From: an uncultured Acidobacteriota bacterium
GTDB lineage: Bacteria > Acidobacteriota > Terriglobia > Terriglobales > Acidobacteriaceae
Reading direction: 5' to 3'
Assembly: GCA_963700225.1 (NCBI GenBank)
Contig: CAVOWU010000011.1
Location: forward strand, 758-64,757
Length of the DNA stretch: 64,000 nt
Below, in pieces: positions 50,531 to 59,352 of the stretch; within the stretch, counting starts at the first letter, position 1; every line of letters starts with the position of its first letter. The position numbers and the translations under genes were made by a program. The notes under the pieces are model-generated. The model was not told the DNA's origin. It did not search any database and saw only the letters and a list, made by a program, of their open reading frames with translations.

Positions 50531-50588
50531 CTTTACTTGAATCGTTCGGTATAAACAGCAGGTTTAATTTTCAGGTTTATATAAAAAG

Positions 50589-51629
50589 ATGAGTACGGTT
50601 CTGGTCACGGGCGGCTCGGGTTTCATCGGCGGCCACACTATTCTGCAACTCTTAGCCGCAGGACATCAGGTCCGCACGACAGTGCGCAACCTGCAGCGCG
50701 AGCCCGACGTTCGAGCGATGCTGAAGGTTGGTGGCGCGGAACCCGGCGGCCGCTTGTCTTTCTTCGCTGCCGACCTCGAAAGTGATGCTGGCTGGTCGCA
50801 AGCCGTCGTAGGTTGCGACTACGTGCTGCACGTGGCCTCTCCGTTTCCGGCAACTCTTCCAAAACATGAAGACGAACTGATTATTCCCGCACGCGAAGGT
50901 ACGTTGCGGGTGCTGCGAGCTTCGCGCGCTGCCGGGGTCAAGCGCGTAGTGCTGACATCTTCATTCGCCGCAATTGGCTACGGCCAACCACCGCAAGCGG
51001 CGCCTTTCGACGAGGGGAACTGGACCAACCCCGCGGGCGAAGGCGTGACTCCATACGTGAAGTCAAAAACGCTAGCGGAACGCGCTGCCTGGGATTTCAT
51101 CGATAGCGAAGGTGCCGGCATGCAACTTTCCGTGGTCAATCCCGTTGGAGTGTTCGGCCCGGTTCTCGGGCCGGATTATTCAACCTCAATTCTGTTTGTG
51201 CAGCGCTTGATGGACGGCGACGTTCCTGGCCTGCCCCGCCTCTATTTCGGTGCAGTCGACGTGCGCGACGTGGCCGACCTGCACATGCGTGCCATGACCC
51301 ATCCCGCCGCGAACGGCGAACGATTCCTGGCCCTCGCCGGCGATTTCATGTCGATACTAGAGATTGCCAAGGTGCTGAAAGGCCACTTTGGAGCGGCTGC
51401 CAAGAAGGTTCCCACCCGCCAGTTGCCCGATTGGATGGTACGTCTCGCTTCGTTGTGGGATCCTGCCATAAAGCAGATCGTGCCGGAGCTTGGCACGAAG
51501 AAGAACGCTACCAGTTACAAAGCCATACGAGTGCTCGGGTGGAAGCCACGATCCAACGAGGAGTCCATCATAGCGACAGCCGAGAGCCTGATCTGCCTGG
51601 GACTTTTGAAGAATAGCCCCAAGAATTGA
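50589..51629 (+). CDS. NAD(P)-dependent SDR (aldehyde reductase / epimerase-dehydratase-like)
   Basis: VLVTGGSGFIGGH Rossmann motif, YVKSK catalytic Y-x3-K, 346 aa. Confidence 0.88.
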   Translation: MSTVLVTGGSGFIGGHTILQLLAAGHQVRTTVRNLQREPDVRAMLKVGGAEPGGRLSFFAADLESDAGWSQAVVGCDYVLHVASPFPATLPKHEDELIIPAREGTLRVLRASRAAGVKRVVLTSSFAAIGYGQPPQAAPFDEGNWTNPAGEGVTPYVKSKTLAERAAWDFIDSEGAGMQLSVVNPVGVFGPVLGPDYSTSILFVQRLMDGDVPGLPRLYFGAVDVRDVADLHMRAMTHPAANGERFLALAGDFMSILEIAKVLKGHFGAAAKKVPTRQLPDWMVRLASLWDPAIKQIVPELGTKKNATSYKAIRVLGWKPRSNEESIIATAESLICLGLLKNSPKN

Positions 51630-51716
51630 GTGCTTGCGGCGCCCCGGCGCCGGACCCGGCACACCGTCCCGCATTGCAGCGTCCCCAGAGCGGGGTTTAA
51701 CATCTAACTACTCACG

Positions 51717-52967
51717 ATGGCAATTGCCACATCTTCAGCAGTCACAACTCAACGACGCTTCACGATTGGCCTCAGCGAGATCCTCAATTTCGCTTACGAC
51801 GCTTTTTCCAGCAACAAACTGCAATTCACGTTGACGTCGCTGGCGATGGCGGTGGGCACCGCGTCGGTGATCCTGGTGGTGACGATTGGCATGACAGGGA
51901 AGCAATACATCCTGCGGCAGATTCAATCCATCGGCGCGAATATGATCTATGCCGACTACCAGGGCGGACTGCAGCGCATCGACTCCACGCCCGATCCCAT
52001 GACAGTTGACGACGTGAAGGCGGTTCGTGAACAGGTACCCAGCGTGGTGGCCGCGTCTCCCACGATCGCTCTGAATGACCGCATCAGCGTAGGCGGCGGC
52101 AAACAGCGCGACATTCTCGTGCTTGGCGCAGACTACGAGTACCGGAGGGTGCGCAATCTGGTTGTTCTGGCTGGCCGTTTTTTCGATTCCGAGGATACAT
52201 CCGGCCGCAACAAAGTGGGCGTCATCACTGATGAGCTGGCGAAAAAATTATTCGGTACTCCTTCCGCATCGATCGGCCAGATCATCAAGCTGAGCGGAGG
52301 ACTGCCGTTTACCGTAATCGGAGTGTTCAAGGAGAGCGTCGATACCTTCGGGCAGTCCGAAATTCAAGAAGACACGATGCTGATTCCGTACACGGTCAGC
52401 CGGTTTTTCACTTCCAGCGCCGCTGTGTATCAGATCTACTTTTCCGCCGCCAGCCCGCAGGATGTCATCCCCGCCACGGCCGCGATCAAACGCGTACTAC
52501 AGTCGCGCCACCGCGCGGAGTCGGTCTATAGCGTGCAGAATTTGACTCAACTGCTCTCCGTCGCTGGACGAATCGCCGACGCCCTGACCGTTATTCTTAT
52601 GCTAGTGGCTTTCGTGACTTTATTGGTCAGCGGCATCGGCATCATGAACATCATGTTGGCCACCGTGACTTCGCGCATCCGCGAGATTGGCATCCGCAAG
52701 GCCATCGGCGCTACGACCCGCGAGATTCGCTTTCAATTTCTCGCCGAAGCCATCTTGATCTCGCTCACGGGAGGTATCGCCGGCATCATTGCCGGTCTGG
52801 CTCTGCCATACTCGGTACGTTTCTTCACCGACTATCACTTCCCGATTTCGGGCCTGTCGGCGATCATCGCCATCATCGTATCGTCGATCGTCGGGATCAT
52901 CTTCGGCACCGTCCCGGCCACCCGCGCCTCCCAACTCGACCCGGTCGAGAGCCTGCGTTATGAATAA
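51717..52967 (+). CDS. MacB-type ABC transporter permease (MacB_PCD + FtsX domain), no adjacent ATPase
   Basis: 416 aa: N-terminal TM, periplasmic domain, three C-terminal TM helices, and IGIRKAIGAT in the FtsX loop. Confidence 0.88.
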   Translation: MAIATSSAVTTQRRFTIGLSEILNFAYDAFSSNKLQFTLTSLAMAVGTASVILVVTIGMTGKQYILRQIQSIGANMIYADYQGGLQRIDSTPDPMTVDDVKAVREQVPSVVAASPTIALNDRISVGGGKQRDILVLGADYEYRRVRNLVVLAGRFFDSEDTSGRNKVGVITDELAKKLFGTPSASIGQIIKLSGGLPFTVIGVFKESVDTFGQSEIQEDTMLIPYTVSRFFTSSAAVYQIYFSAASPQDVIPATAAIKRVLQSRHRAESVYSVQNLTQLLSVAGRIADALTVILMLVAFVTLLVSGIGIMNIMLATVTSRIREIGIRKAIGATTREIRFQFLAEAILISLTGGIAGIIAGLALPYSVRFFTDYHFPISGLSAIIAIIVSSIVGIIFGTVPATRASQLDPVESLRYE

Positions 52968-53002
52968 GTTAGAAGGGCAGCTGTTTGCCTGAGATCTCAA
53001 AG

Positions 53003-53018
53003 TGTTCCTATAGGAACA
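53003..53018. promoter_or_regulatory. Perfect 16-bp palindrome TGTTCCTATAGGAACA (candidate operator)
   Basis: Read directly. Lies in the AT-rich gap between the permease stop (52967) and the CruF-like start (53177). Confidence 0.4.
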
Positions 53019-53021
53019 TTT

Positions 53022-53047
53022 TTATGTACAAAGATGTATGTACATAA
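53022..53047. promoter_or_regulatory. Perfect 9-bp inverted repeat TTATGTACA-N8-TGTACATAA (candidate operator)
   Basis: Read directly. Each arm contains the self-complementary hexamer TGTACA. Starts 3 bp after the first palindrome. Confidence 0.4.
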
Positions 53048-53176
53048 TATGACGACTGCGATAAATCGGTTCCAGGCTCGCAGGTTCAACGAAGAGCGCA
53101 TTTCACAAGCTTTAGTGTGTTCGTCACGAATTCTCCTCTCTGAATCCGGTAAACTCCATTCTCACGGAGCGGATCG

Positions 53177-54055
53177 ATGACTACGAAAGCTGAGGCACTA
53201 CGATGGCAGACAGTCGTTCTCTGGATGTGTCTTGTCCTTTACGCGATCGGTCGTATCTGCCAGCTCTACCCGGATAAGGTGCCCGTGTTTCTAATTGTCT
53301 TGTTGCAGGTCGCTCCGCCCGCGATCTTTGCCCTGGTTCACGGAAGCATCCTTTATCGCGTCAAAGGCATGGCGGTCTTCACCGCGTTCTGTCTTGGAGT
53401 GGGCGCGGTTTGCGAGAGTCTCAGCATCCGGACTGGCTTTCCATTCGGGCATTATTACTTCACCAGCCTGATGGGGCCGAAACTTCTTCAAGTGCCGATC
53501 ATGCTGGTCCTGGCTTATCTGGGAATCGGCTATTGCTCCTGGATACTCGGTCTTCTCATCCTTGGATATCGCGGCAAGCCTCTGACGGGAGGTCGCGTGA
53601 TCGCTCTTCCGCTGCTTGCCAGCCTGATTCTGGTCGCGTGGGATCTTTCGATGGATTCGATCTGGTCAACGCTCGACCGGGCGTGGGTATGGCGCGATGG
53701 CGGGATCTTCTACGGCGTTCCCGTCAGCAACTTCTTTGGTTGGTATTTAACTGCGTACCTTTTCTATCAGGCGTTTGCACTGTATTGCAGGGCCAATCCC
53801 GATCAGCCAGCCCTCACTTCTCGCGGTTACTGGCGCTCTCCGATTGTTTGCTATGGGATCTGCGCCTTTGGGAATCTATTGATCTTCAGGGCAGGGTTGT
53901 TTCCACCTGCGGCACCAGACGGCTCGGGGAGACTATGGCTCACGAAGAACCTTCTCGTTGCCTGTACCGTGATCTCGCTGTTCGTGATGGGACCAATGGT
54001 CATGTTGGCGTGGCGCAGGTTGGGATCTCAAGGCATGAGACCGGATGGAGCTTGA
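53177..54055 (+). CDS. Carotenoid biosynthesis membrane protein (DUF422 / CruF-like hydratase family)
   Basis: 292 aa with about 7 TM helices. TGFPFGHYYFT, VAWDLSMDSIWS, WVWRDGGIFYGVPVSNFFGWYL match the family pattern as I remember it. Confidence 0.75.
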   Translation: MTTKAEALRWQTVVLWMCLVLYAIGRICQLYPDKVPVFLIVLLQVAPPAIFALVHGSILYRVKGMAVFTAFCLGVGAVCESLSIRTGFPFGHYYFTSLMGPKLLQVPIMLVLAYLGIGYCSWILGLLILGYRGKPLTGGRVIALPLLASLILVAWDLSMDSIWSTLDRAWVWRDGGIFYGVPVSNFFGWYLTAYLFYQAFALYCRANPDQPALTSRGYWRSPIVCYGICAFGNLLIFRAGLFPPAAPDGSGRLWLTKNLLVACTVISLFVMGPMVMLAWRRLGSQGMRPDGA

Positions 54056-54266
54056 GCAACCCCATAAAACCACAAAGCCGGGCTGGTTTGCCCGGCTATC
54101 CTTTTGTGGAGCTGGTTCGTTCGGTCTTGTTTCGATCGTCGACCCAGAATGTCGTTAGCTGAACTTCCACCCGCGTTTCGGAGAAGTCAAACCCAGCCGC
54201 TCTGCAGTCTTACCCGGTCAGCTAGTTCGACAATTCTCCATGCACAGGGGTCACCGTCCCTGCTCT

Positions 54267-54530
54267 TTACATCACCATCGCCAGGTTCTCCAATTCGTAC
54301 TGGAGGACTGGCAAGGCGCATCCGGCCATTTCAACCCGGCCAGCGGCGTCCAGCGCGTCCTTCGGCGAGACTCCGTAGCCACGGCCCATCAGAAACACCT
54401 GAAGCAATTCGGCCGCTTCATAGGAATCGATCATGCCCCCCTGGAGCAAGTCGTTCCGCAGAGCTGCCAGTTCGGTCATCGTGAATCTGTCTTTGTCGTT
54501 CATCGCTTTGTCGATCATGGCCGTCATCAC
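54267..54530 (-). CDS. Hypothetical small protein (87 aa)
   Basis: GGAGG lies immediately upstream of tandem ATGs. Natural-looking composition. No family recognised. Confidence 0.45.
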   Translation of the reverse strand: MMTAMIDKAMNDKDRFTMTELAALRNDLLQGGMIDSYEAAELLQVFLMGRGYGVSPKDALDAAGRVEMAGCALPVLQYELENLAMVM

Positions 54531-54842
54531 CTCCGACTCCGACCTGTTACCGCGTTACCGTATTAGACTCATCGGCAGTTGTTGAAGTTGCATGCAATTC
54601 GGCTGCCGAATTTGCTCCGAGCCTCTGAGTACGATCCCCAGCCCCATCTGGATGTATTAACCCTTCTGAATATCGGAAGTTGCAGTGCAGCCGGTAGGGG
54701 GAGTGCAGGTGCTGAAGTGCCCTTGGTACCCAGGAGTAATCCCAAACCTGACACAATGTGTCGTTTTCGGACAAACGAAGTCCAAACTACGGCGGTCAGA
54801 CAGCCCTCGGCCTGGCACGAAGGTGGGGTACGGCGCGAAGGC

Positions 54843-55190
54843 TTATTTGTGGGCCAACTCGGCGGCTGCGGGCGATTCAAAGAACTGGAAGAATTGTTCG
54901 ACTCGAGTAACCTTCAAGGCGTCACGCACCCGCTCGGTGACTCCCACCAGGGCCAGGCTGCGGCCGTCTTTCTGGTGGTTCACATAGGCGCCAACCAGCG
55001 CCCCGATCCCGGCGGAATCGATGTAAGGAACCTGGGTGAGATCCAGAATCAAATGACGCGATGTGTTGGCACGGGCTAACGACTGAAACTCAAAGAAGTT
55101 CGTGAGGGTGACGGGTCCAATCAGTCGAAGGATTCGGCAGCCTTCTGCCGTTCCAGCGGCATCTTCGATGTGCAAGGGCTCCAGCGGCAT
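54843..55190 (-). CDS. STAS-domain anti-sigma-factor antagonist (SpoIIAA-like)
   Basis: 115 aa. ILDLTQVPYIDSAGIGALVGA carries the conserved phosphorylatable Ser in the DSAG motif. Confidence 0.85.
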   Translation of the reverse strand: MPLEPLHIEDAAGTAEGCRILRLIGPVTLTNFFEFQSLARANTSRHLILDLTQVPYIDSAGIGALVGAYVNHQKDGRSLALVGVTERVRDALKVTRVEQFFQFFESPAAAELAHK

Positions 55191-55324
55191 CCGCAGATCG
55201 TATTACAGGAATGTGAACGGAATGTTAAAGCGGACCCCGAACTTCGCGCCGATATGCCTGAGGCCGAGGCCGACTGGTCCCGAATCCGGAACCTGCGTCG
55301 CCGAGTCTTGGCGGTCAAGGTTGC

Positions 55325-55492
55325 CTAGGTTTCGATCGTGGCTTCATCGATCAGCATGATGGGGATGTCGTCCTTGACGGCGTACACCCGATGGCACTGC
55401 GTACATTTCAAGCTTTCCGGGTTTTGGCGATATTCGAGCGCCTGCTTGCACGCCGGACACACCAGGATTTCCAGAAGGTCTTTGGCAATCAT
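55325..55492 (-). CDS. Trm112/YcaR-family small zinc-ribbon protein (UPF0434)
   Basis: Internal ATG 55492 of ORF 55325..55804: MIAKDLLEILVCPACKQALEYRQNPESLKCTQCHRVYAVKDDIPIMLIDEA. Confidence 0.8.
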   Translation of the reverse strand: MIAKDLLEILVCPACKQALEYRQNPESLKCTQCHRVYAVKDDIPIMLIDEATIET

Positions 55493-55676
55493 GACCTGTG
55501 CATTGTACGACACCGCTCCTGCGAGTGCAGCGCTACCGGCGACAGCGGGAATCTCCAAAGGATCAGTCCCACCGCCGAGATCGCCGATTGCGCCGAAAAA
55601 AAAACAAAAACATTTAGGCTTCGATCCTTTGGGCGCTCGGCGTCCCCGGCGGTGTAAGATTTTACTGGCGCAAATC

Positions 55677-56618
55677 ATGTCAGCTCTCATTCTCGATGGA
55701 ACCAGGATCGCGCAAGAAATCCGCAGCGAAGTTGCTGCGGCAGTGAAGGCCATGGCGGCGTCCGGGATTCGTCCCGGACTGGCTGTCGTCCTCGCCGGAC
55801 ACAACCCCGCGTCTGAGATCTACGTGCGCGGCAAAGTCAAGGCCTGTGAAGAGGTTGGCGTCTACAGCGAGAAGCTGACTCCTCCAGATTCCGTCACGAC
55901 TTCGGAACTGCTCGCGCTGATTGAGGACCTCAACCGGCGCGATGAGATCGACGGCATCCTGGTGCAACTTCCTCTGCCTCCGCAGGTGGACTCTAAGAAA
56001 GTGCTGCTGGCGGTCGATCCAGCCAAGGACGTCGACGGATTCCATCCCATGAATGTCGGCTTCCTTTCAACCCAGCGGCCTGGGCTCGTCCCATGCACAC
56101 CGGCCGGATGTCTCGAGATACTAAAGCGCAGCAATATTCCGATCGCCGGGCGCGAAGCCGTGGTCGTCGGACGCAGCGATATTGTCGGAAAGCCCGCCGC
56201 CATGCTGCTCCTCAACGCAAACGCCACGGTGACCGTTTGCCACTCGAAGACCCATGATCTGCCTGGCGTCTGCCGCCGCGCCGACATCCTGGTTGCGGCC
56301 ATCGGACGCGCCGGCATGATCACGCGAGATTTTGTGAAATCGGGCGCAACTGTCATTGATGTGGGGATGAATAGCGTCACCGAGACGGCGGAGTTTCAGC
56401 GATTCTTCGCCGGAAATGCCAAGCGGGAAGAGAGCTTCCGTAAGAAGGGATCGACCCTGATCGGCGACGTGCATCCCGAAGTGTCCGAAGTTGCCGGAGC
56501 CCTAACACCCGTTCCAGGAGGAGTTGGCCCGCTGACCATCGCGATGCTGATGTTCAACACGGTCAAGGCGGCGAAAATGCGGCGGGGAAGCCGCGTACCG
56601 GAACTCTCCCGCGCCTGA
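55677..56618 (+). CDS. folD: Bifunctional methylenetetrahydrofolate dehydrogenase/cyclohydrolase
   Basis: ATG 55677 within ORF 55338..56618. GLAVVLAGHNPASEIYVRGK, DGILVQLPLP, DGFHPMNVG, PCTPAGC, VVVGRSDIVGKP, VTVCHSKT. Carries a ~20-aa insert before LIGDV. Confidence 0.93.
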   Translation: MSALILDGTRIAQEIRSEVAAAVKAMAASGIRPGLAVVLAGHNPASEIYVRGKVKACEEVGVYSEKLTPPDSVTTSELLALIEDLNRRDEIDGILVQLPLPPQVDSKKVLLAVDPAKDVDGFHPMNVGFLSTQRPGLVPCTPAGCLEILKRSNIPIAGREAVVVGRSDIVGKPAAMLLLNANATVTVCHSKTHDLPGVCRRADILVAAIGRAGMITRDFVKSGATVIDVGMNSVTETAEFQRFFAGNAKREESFRKKGSTLIGDVHPEVSEVAGALTPVPGGVGPLTIAMLMFNTVKAAKMRRGSRVPELSRA

Positions 56619-56735
56619 TTCCACAATGACAACTCACCACAGAGTCTCAGAGTCAGACAGAAAACCTGTATTTTTCCAGTCTTGTTTTTCTCCGAGCCGC
56701 GGTCTCTCCTTGGTGAAATCGCGTTTGGGGATGCC

Positions 56736-57374
56736 ATGCTGAAAGTCGGCCTCACGGGAGGCATTGCCGCCGGCAAATCGATTGTCGGAGACATGTTCGT
56801 CGCGCTGGGCGCGCGCTTGGTCCAGGCAGACCGGATCGCCCATGCGCTCATGCAACCCGGGGAGGCAGTCTATAACGAAGTTGTCCGCCACTTCGGCCGG
56901 GAGATCCTCAATCCCGACGGCAGCGTTAACCGCGCCAAGCTAGCCGAAGTCGCCTTTGGTCCTGTCTCCCAGGACGAGGGCAAACGCGCCTCGCGAATCG
57001 AAGAGCTCAACCGTATCGTGCATCCCGTAGTCATTCGCAGCCAGGATGAGTGGATGCAAGAGATGGGCCGGCAGAACCCGCATGCCATTGCCATCGTTGA
57101 GGCTGCCCTCATTCTTGAAGCCGGCGCAGCCAAGCGCTTCGATCGTCTGATCGTAGTGACCTGCACCGAGGATCAGCGTGTTGTACGCTTTGCAGCCCGG
57201 CAGAAGATTGACCTGGAGTCGGCGCGGAAGGAAGTCGTGCGGCGCATGGCCGCGCAGCTTCCGGATGAAGAAAAAATCAAAGCGGCCGATTTCGTCATCG
57301 ACAACTCCGGCTCGCTCGAAACGACGCGCTCACAAGTGCAGAGCGTCTGGGAGAAGCTGCTCCAACAGTCCTGA
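56736..57374 (+). CDS. coaE: Dephospho-CoA kinase
   Basis: ATG 56736 within ORF 56682..57374. The P-loop GLTGGIAAGKS and the length (212 aa) fit CoaE. Confidence 0.9.
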   Translation: MLKVGLTGGIAAGKSIVGDMFVALGARLVQADRIAHALMQPGEAVYNEVVRHFGREILNPDGSVNRAKLAEVAFGPVSQDEGKRASRIEELNRIVHPVVIRSQDEWMQEMGRQNPHAIAIVEAALILEAGAAKRFDRLIVVTCTEDQRVVRFAARQKIDLESARKEVVRRMAAQLPDEEKIKAADFVIDNSGSLETTRSQVQSVWEKLLQQS

Positions 57375-57443
57375 AGCGCTATTCGCCGCCTGCGCGATGA
57401 AATGATCTTTCGGCGGATCACAGATTCAACTAGAATTTCCGCC

Positions 57444-57779
57444 ATGAAACCCAAGACAATCTTCCTGATCCTCTGTCTGCTGGGTGTATTGGTCCCGTAC
57501 TGGCAGTTCGTGCCCTGGGTCCTCCAACATGGACTCAACCTACAGCTATTCGTGCGCGAACTCTTTGCCAACCGGATCGGCGCATTCTTCAGTATGGATG
57601 TGATCGTCTCGGCGGTAGTCGTGCTGGTGTTCAGCCGCATCGAGAGCAAGCGGCTCGGGATTGGCAAGCGATGGCTGGTCCTGGTCGCGGTGCTGACCGT
57701 AGGAGTATCACTCGCGCTGCCTCTCTTCCTATATATGCGGGAACTGGAGCTGGAACGCCGGCCTGCGACAGCTGCCTGA
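57444..57779 (+). CDS. DUF2834-family small membrane protein
   Basis: ATG 57444: MKPKTIFLILCLLGVLVPYWQFVPWVLQHGLNLQLFVRELFAN..., with 4 TM helices. Confidence 0.7.
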   Translation: MKPKTIFLILCLLGVLVPYWQFVPWVLQHGLNLQLFVRELFANRIGAFFSMDVIVSAVVVLVFSRIESKRLGIGKRWLVLVAVLTVGVSLALPLFLYMRELELERRPATAA

Positions 57780-57903
57780 ACCCATATTTTGCTACTCAAC
57801 CGGAGTGCTCAAGCCCGCGTCATTGTTTAGAATCATTCCAGGGACCTTTCCACCCCCCGACATCGTACTAATCTTCAGCTGACAGGAATCGGATGGTCGA
57901 ATT

Positions 57904-59052
57904 ATGAAACTCGTACGTCCTTTAATCTTTGCCGTGGCTCTTGCCGGGGCATTCTTTTACTTCACGACCTGGCGGTCCAACGGCCGGGAAGAAGTGCACT
58001 CATCGAGCTGGTTCAGCCAGCCCGATCATGTGGAAATCACCGAAGCTGCCCCCGGCGAATCCCTCGACGGAGAAGAACAGAACAATATTTCCGTCTACAA
58101 AAAGAACATCCCGTCGGTGGTGAACATCACCTCCCGCGCCATGACCTTCGACTTTTTCTATGGACTGGTGCCGCAGGAAGGGCAGGGCTCGGGATTCGTG
58201 ATCGACAAAGAAGGACACATCCTGACCAACTATCACGTCATCGCCGATGCGCGGCAGGTCGAAGTCACGCTCCACAACCGGAAGAAATTCAAGGCGACGG
58301 TGATCGGAACCGATCCGCCGCACGACCTGGCTGTCATCCAGATTAAGGCGCCGGAACTGGTTCCGGCGGTACTCGGCGATTCAAGGAACCTGCAGGTCGG
58401 CCAGAAGGTGTACGCCATCGGGAATCCCTTCGGCTTGGCCGGGACCATGACGCGCGGCATCGTCAGTTCCATTCGCCCGGTTCGCGAGCCGAACGGAGCG
58501 ATGATCGACGAGGCCATTCAGACCGACGCAGCGATCAATCCCGGCAACTCCGGCGGTCCGCTCATGAACTGGCATGGAGAGGTCATCGGCATCAACACCA
58601 TGATTCTGTCGAATTCGAACCAGAGCGCCGGCATCGGCTTTGCCATCCCAATCAATACCGCCAAGGCCGTGCTGAACGATCTGATGACGCTGGGCCGCGT
58701 GCGCAGGCCTGCATTGGGCGTGCGCACGATTCCGATCAGCCCCGAACTGGCCGATGAAATGGGATTGCCAGTCGATTACGGATTGCTGATCGTGCAAGTA
58801 GTCCCGGGAGGATCGGCGGACCAGGCAGGCCTTCGCGCTGGCACCGAGAGGGCGTACCTGGGAAATATTCCCATCATGCTCGGCGGTGACCTGATCGTGG
58901 CCATCGACGACCAGAAAGTCGAATCCGAGGAAGACCTATCGCAGATGATGAACGACCACCGTGCCGGCGACACGGTGAAAATCACCGTCTACCGCAACAA
59001 AAAGAAGCAGGATGTCACGGTGTCGTTGGGCGAGTCGCGACAGCAGGTGTGA
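57904..59052 (+). CDS. HtrA/DegP-family serine protease with one PDZ domain
   Basis: Catalytic His (LTNYHVI), Asp (HDLAVIQI) and Ser (GNSGGPL), followed by a PDZ domain (GLLIVQVVPGGSADQAGLR). Confidence 0.92.
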   Translation: MKLVRPLIFAVALAGAFFYFTTWRSNGREEVHSSSWFSQPDHVEITEAAPGESLDGEEQNNISVYKKNIPSVVNITSRAMTFDFFYGLVPQEGQGSGFVIDKEGHILTNYHVIADARQVEVTLHNRKKFKATVIGTDPPHDLAVIQIKAPELVPAVLGDSRNLQVGQKVYAIGNPFGLAGTMTRGIVSSIRPVREPNGAMIDEAIQTDAAINPGNSGGPLMNWHGEVIGINTMILSNSNQSAGIGFAIPINTAKAVLNDLMTLGRVRRPALGVRTIPISPELADEMGLPVDYGLLIVQVVPGGSADQAGLRAGTERAYLGNIPIMLGGDLIVAIDDQKVESEEDLSQMMNDHRAGDTVKITVYRNKKKQDVTVSLGESRQQV

Positions 59053-59062
59053 GAAGAGCAGT

Positions 59063-59090
59063 GGTCAGCTGTCAGCCTTCAGCCGTCAGC
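59063..59090 (+). repeat. Four tandem heptamers NNTCAGC (GGTCAGC TGTCAGC CTTCAGC CGTCAGC)
   Basis: Read directly, 11 nt after the HtrA stop. Confidence 0.6.
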
Positions 59091-59352
59091 GAAATCCCTA
59101 CCTTTCCAGGGCGTCATCCTGAGCGTAGCCGCTTTTCAGGCGGAACGAAGGATCTCAGTCTGATGACCTCCTGCGTTGTAGGCAGACTGCGCCAAGCAGA
59201 CGACTTGTAAACCGCGGACTTCCGCGATACTCTGTCCGCCTGCCTATGACTGCCGTCCTTTAACCCGGCTCCCGCGTCCCTGAGCGACACGCGCACAAGT
59301 GTGCGCAAGACGCTCGTGCCTTGTTTTGTCTAACACAGAAAGGACTTTTCCC

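Noticed and set aside
53410-54162. 250-aa alternative-frame ORF over the CruF-like gene
   Set aside because: The 53177..54055 frame carries the DUF422-type motifs and regular TM helices. The alternative frame is Ser/Arg/Leu-rich with no features.
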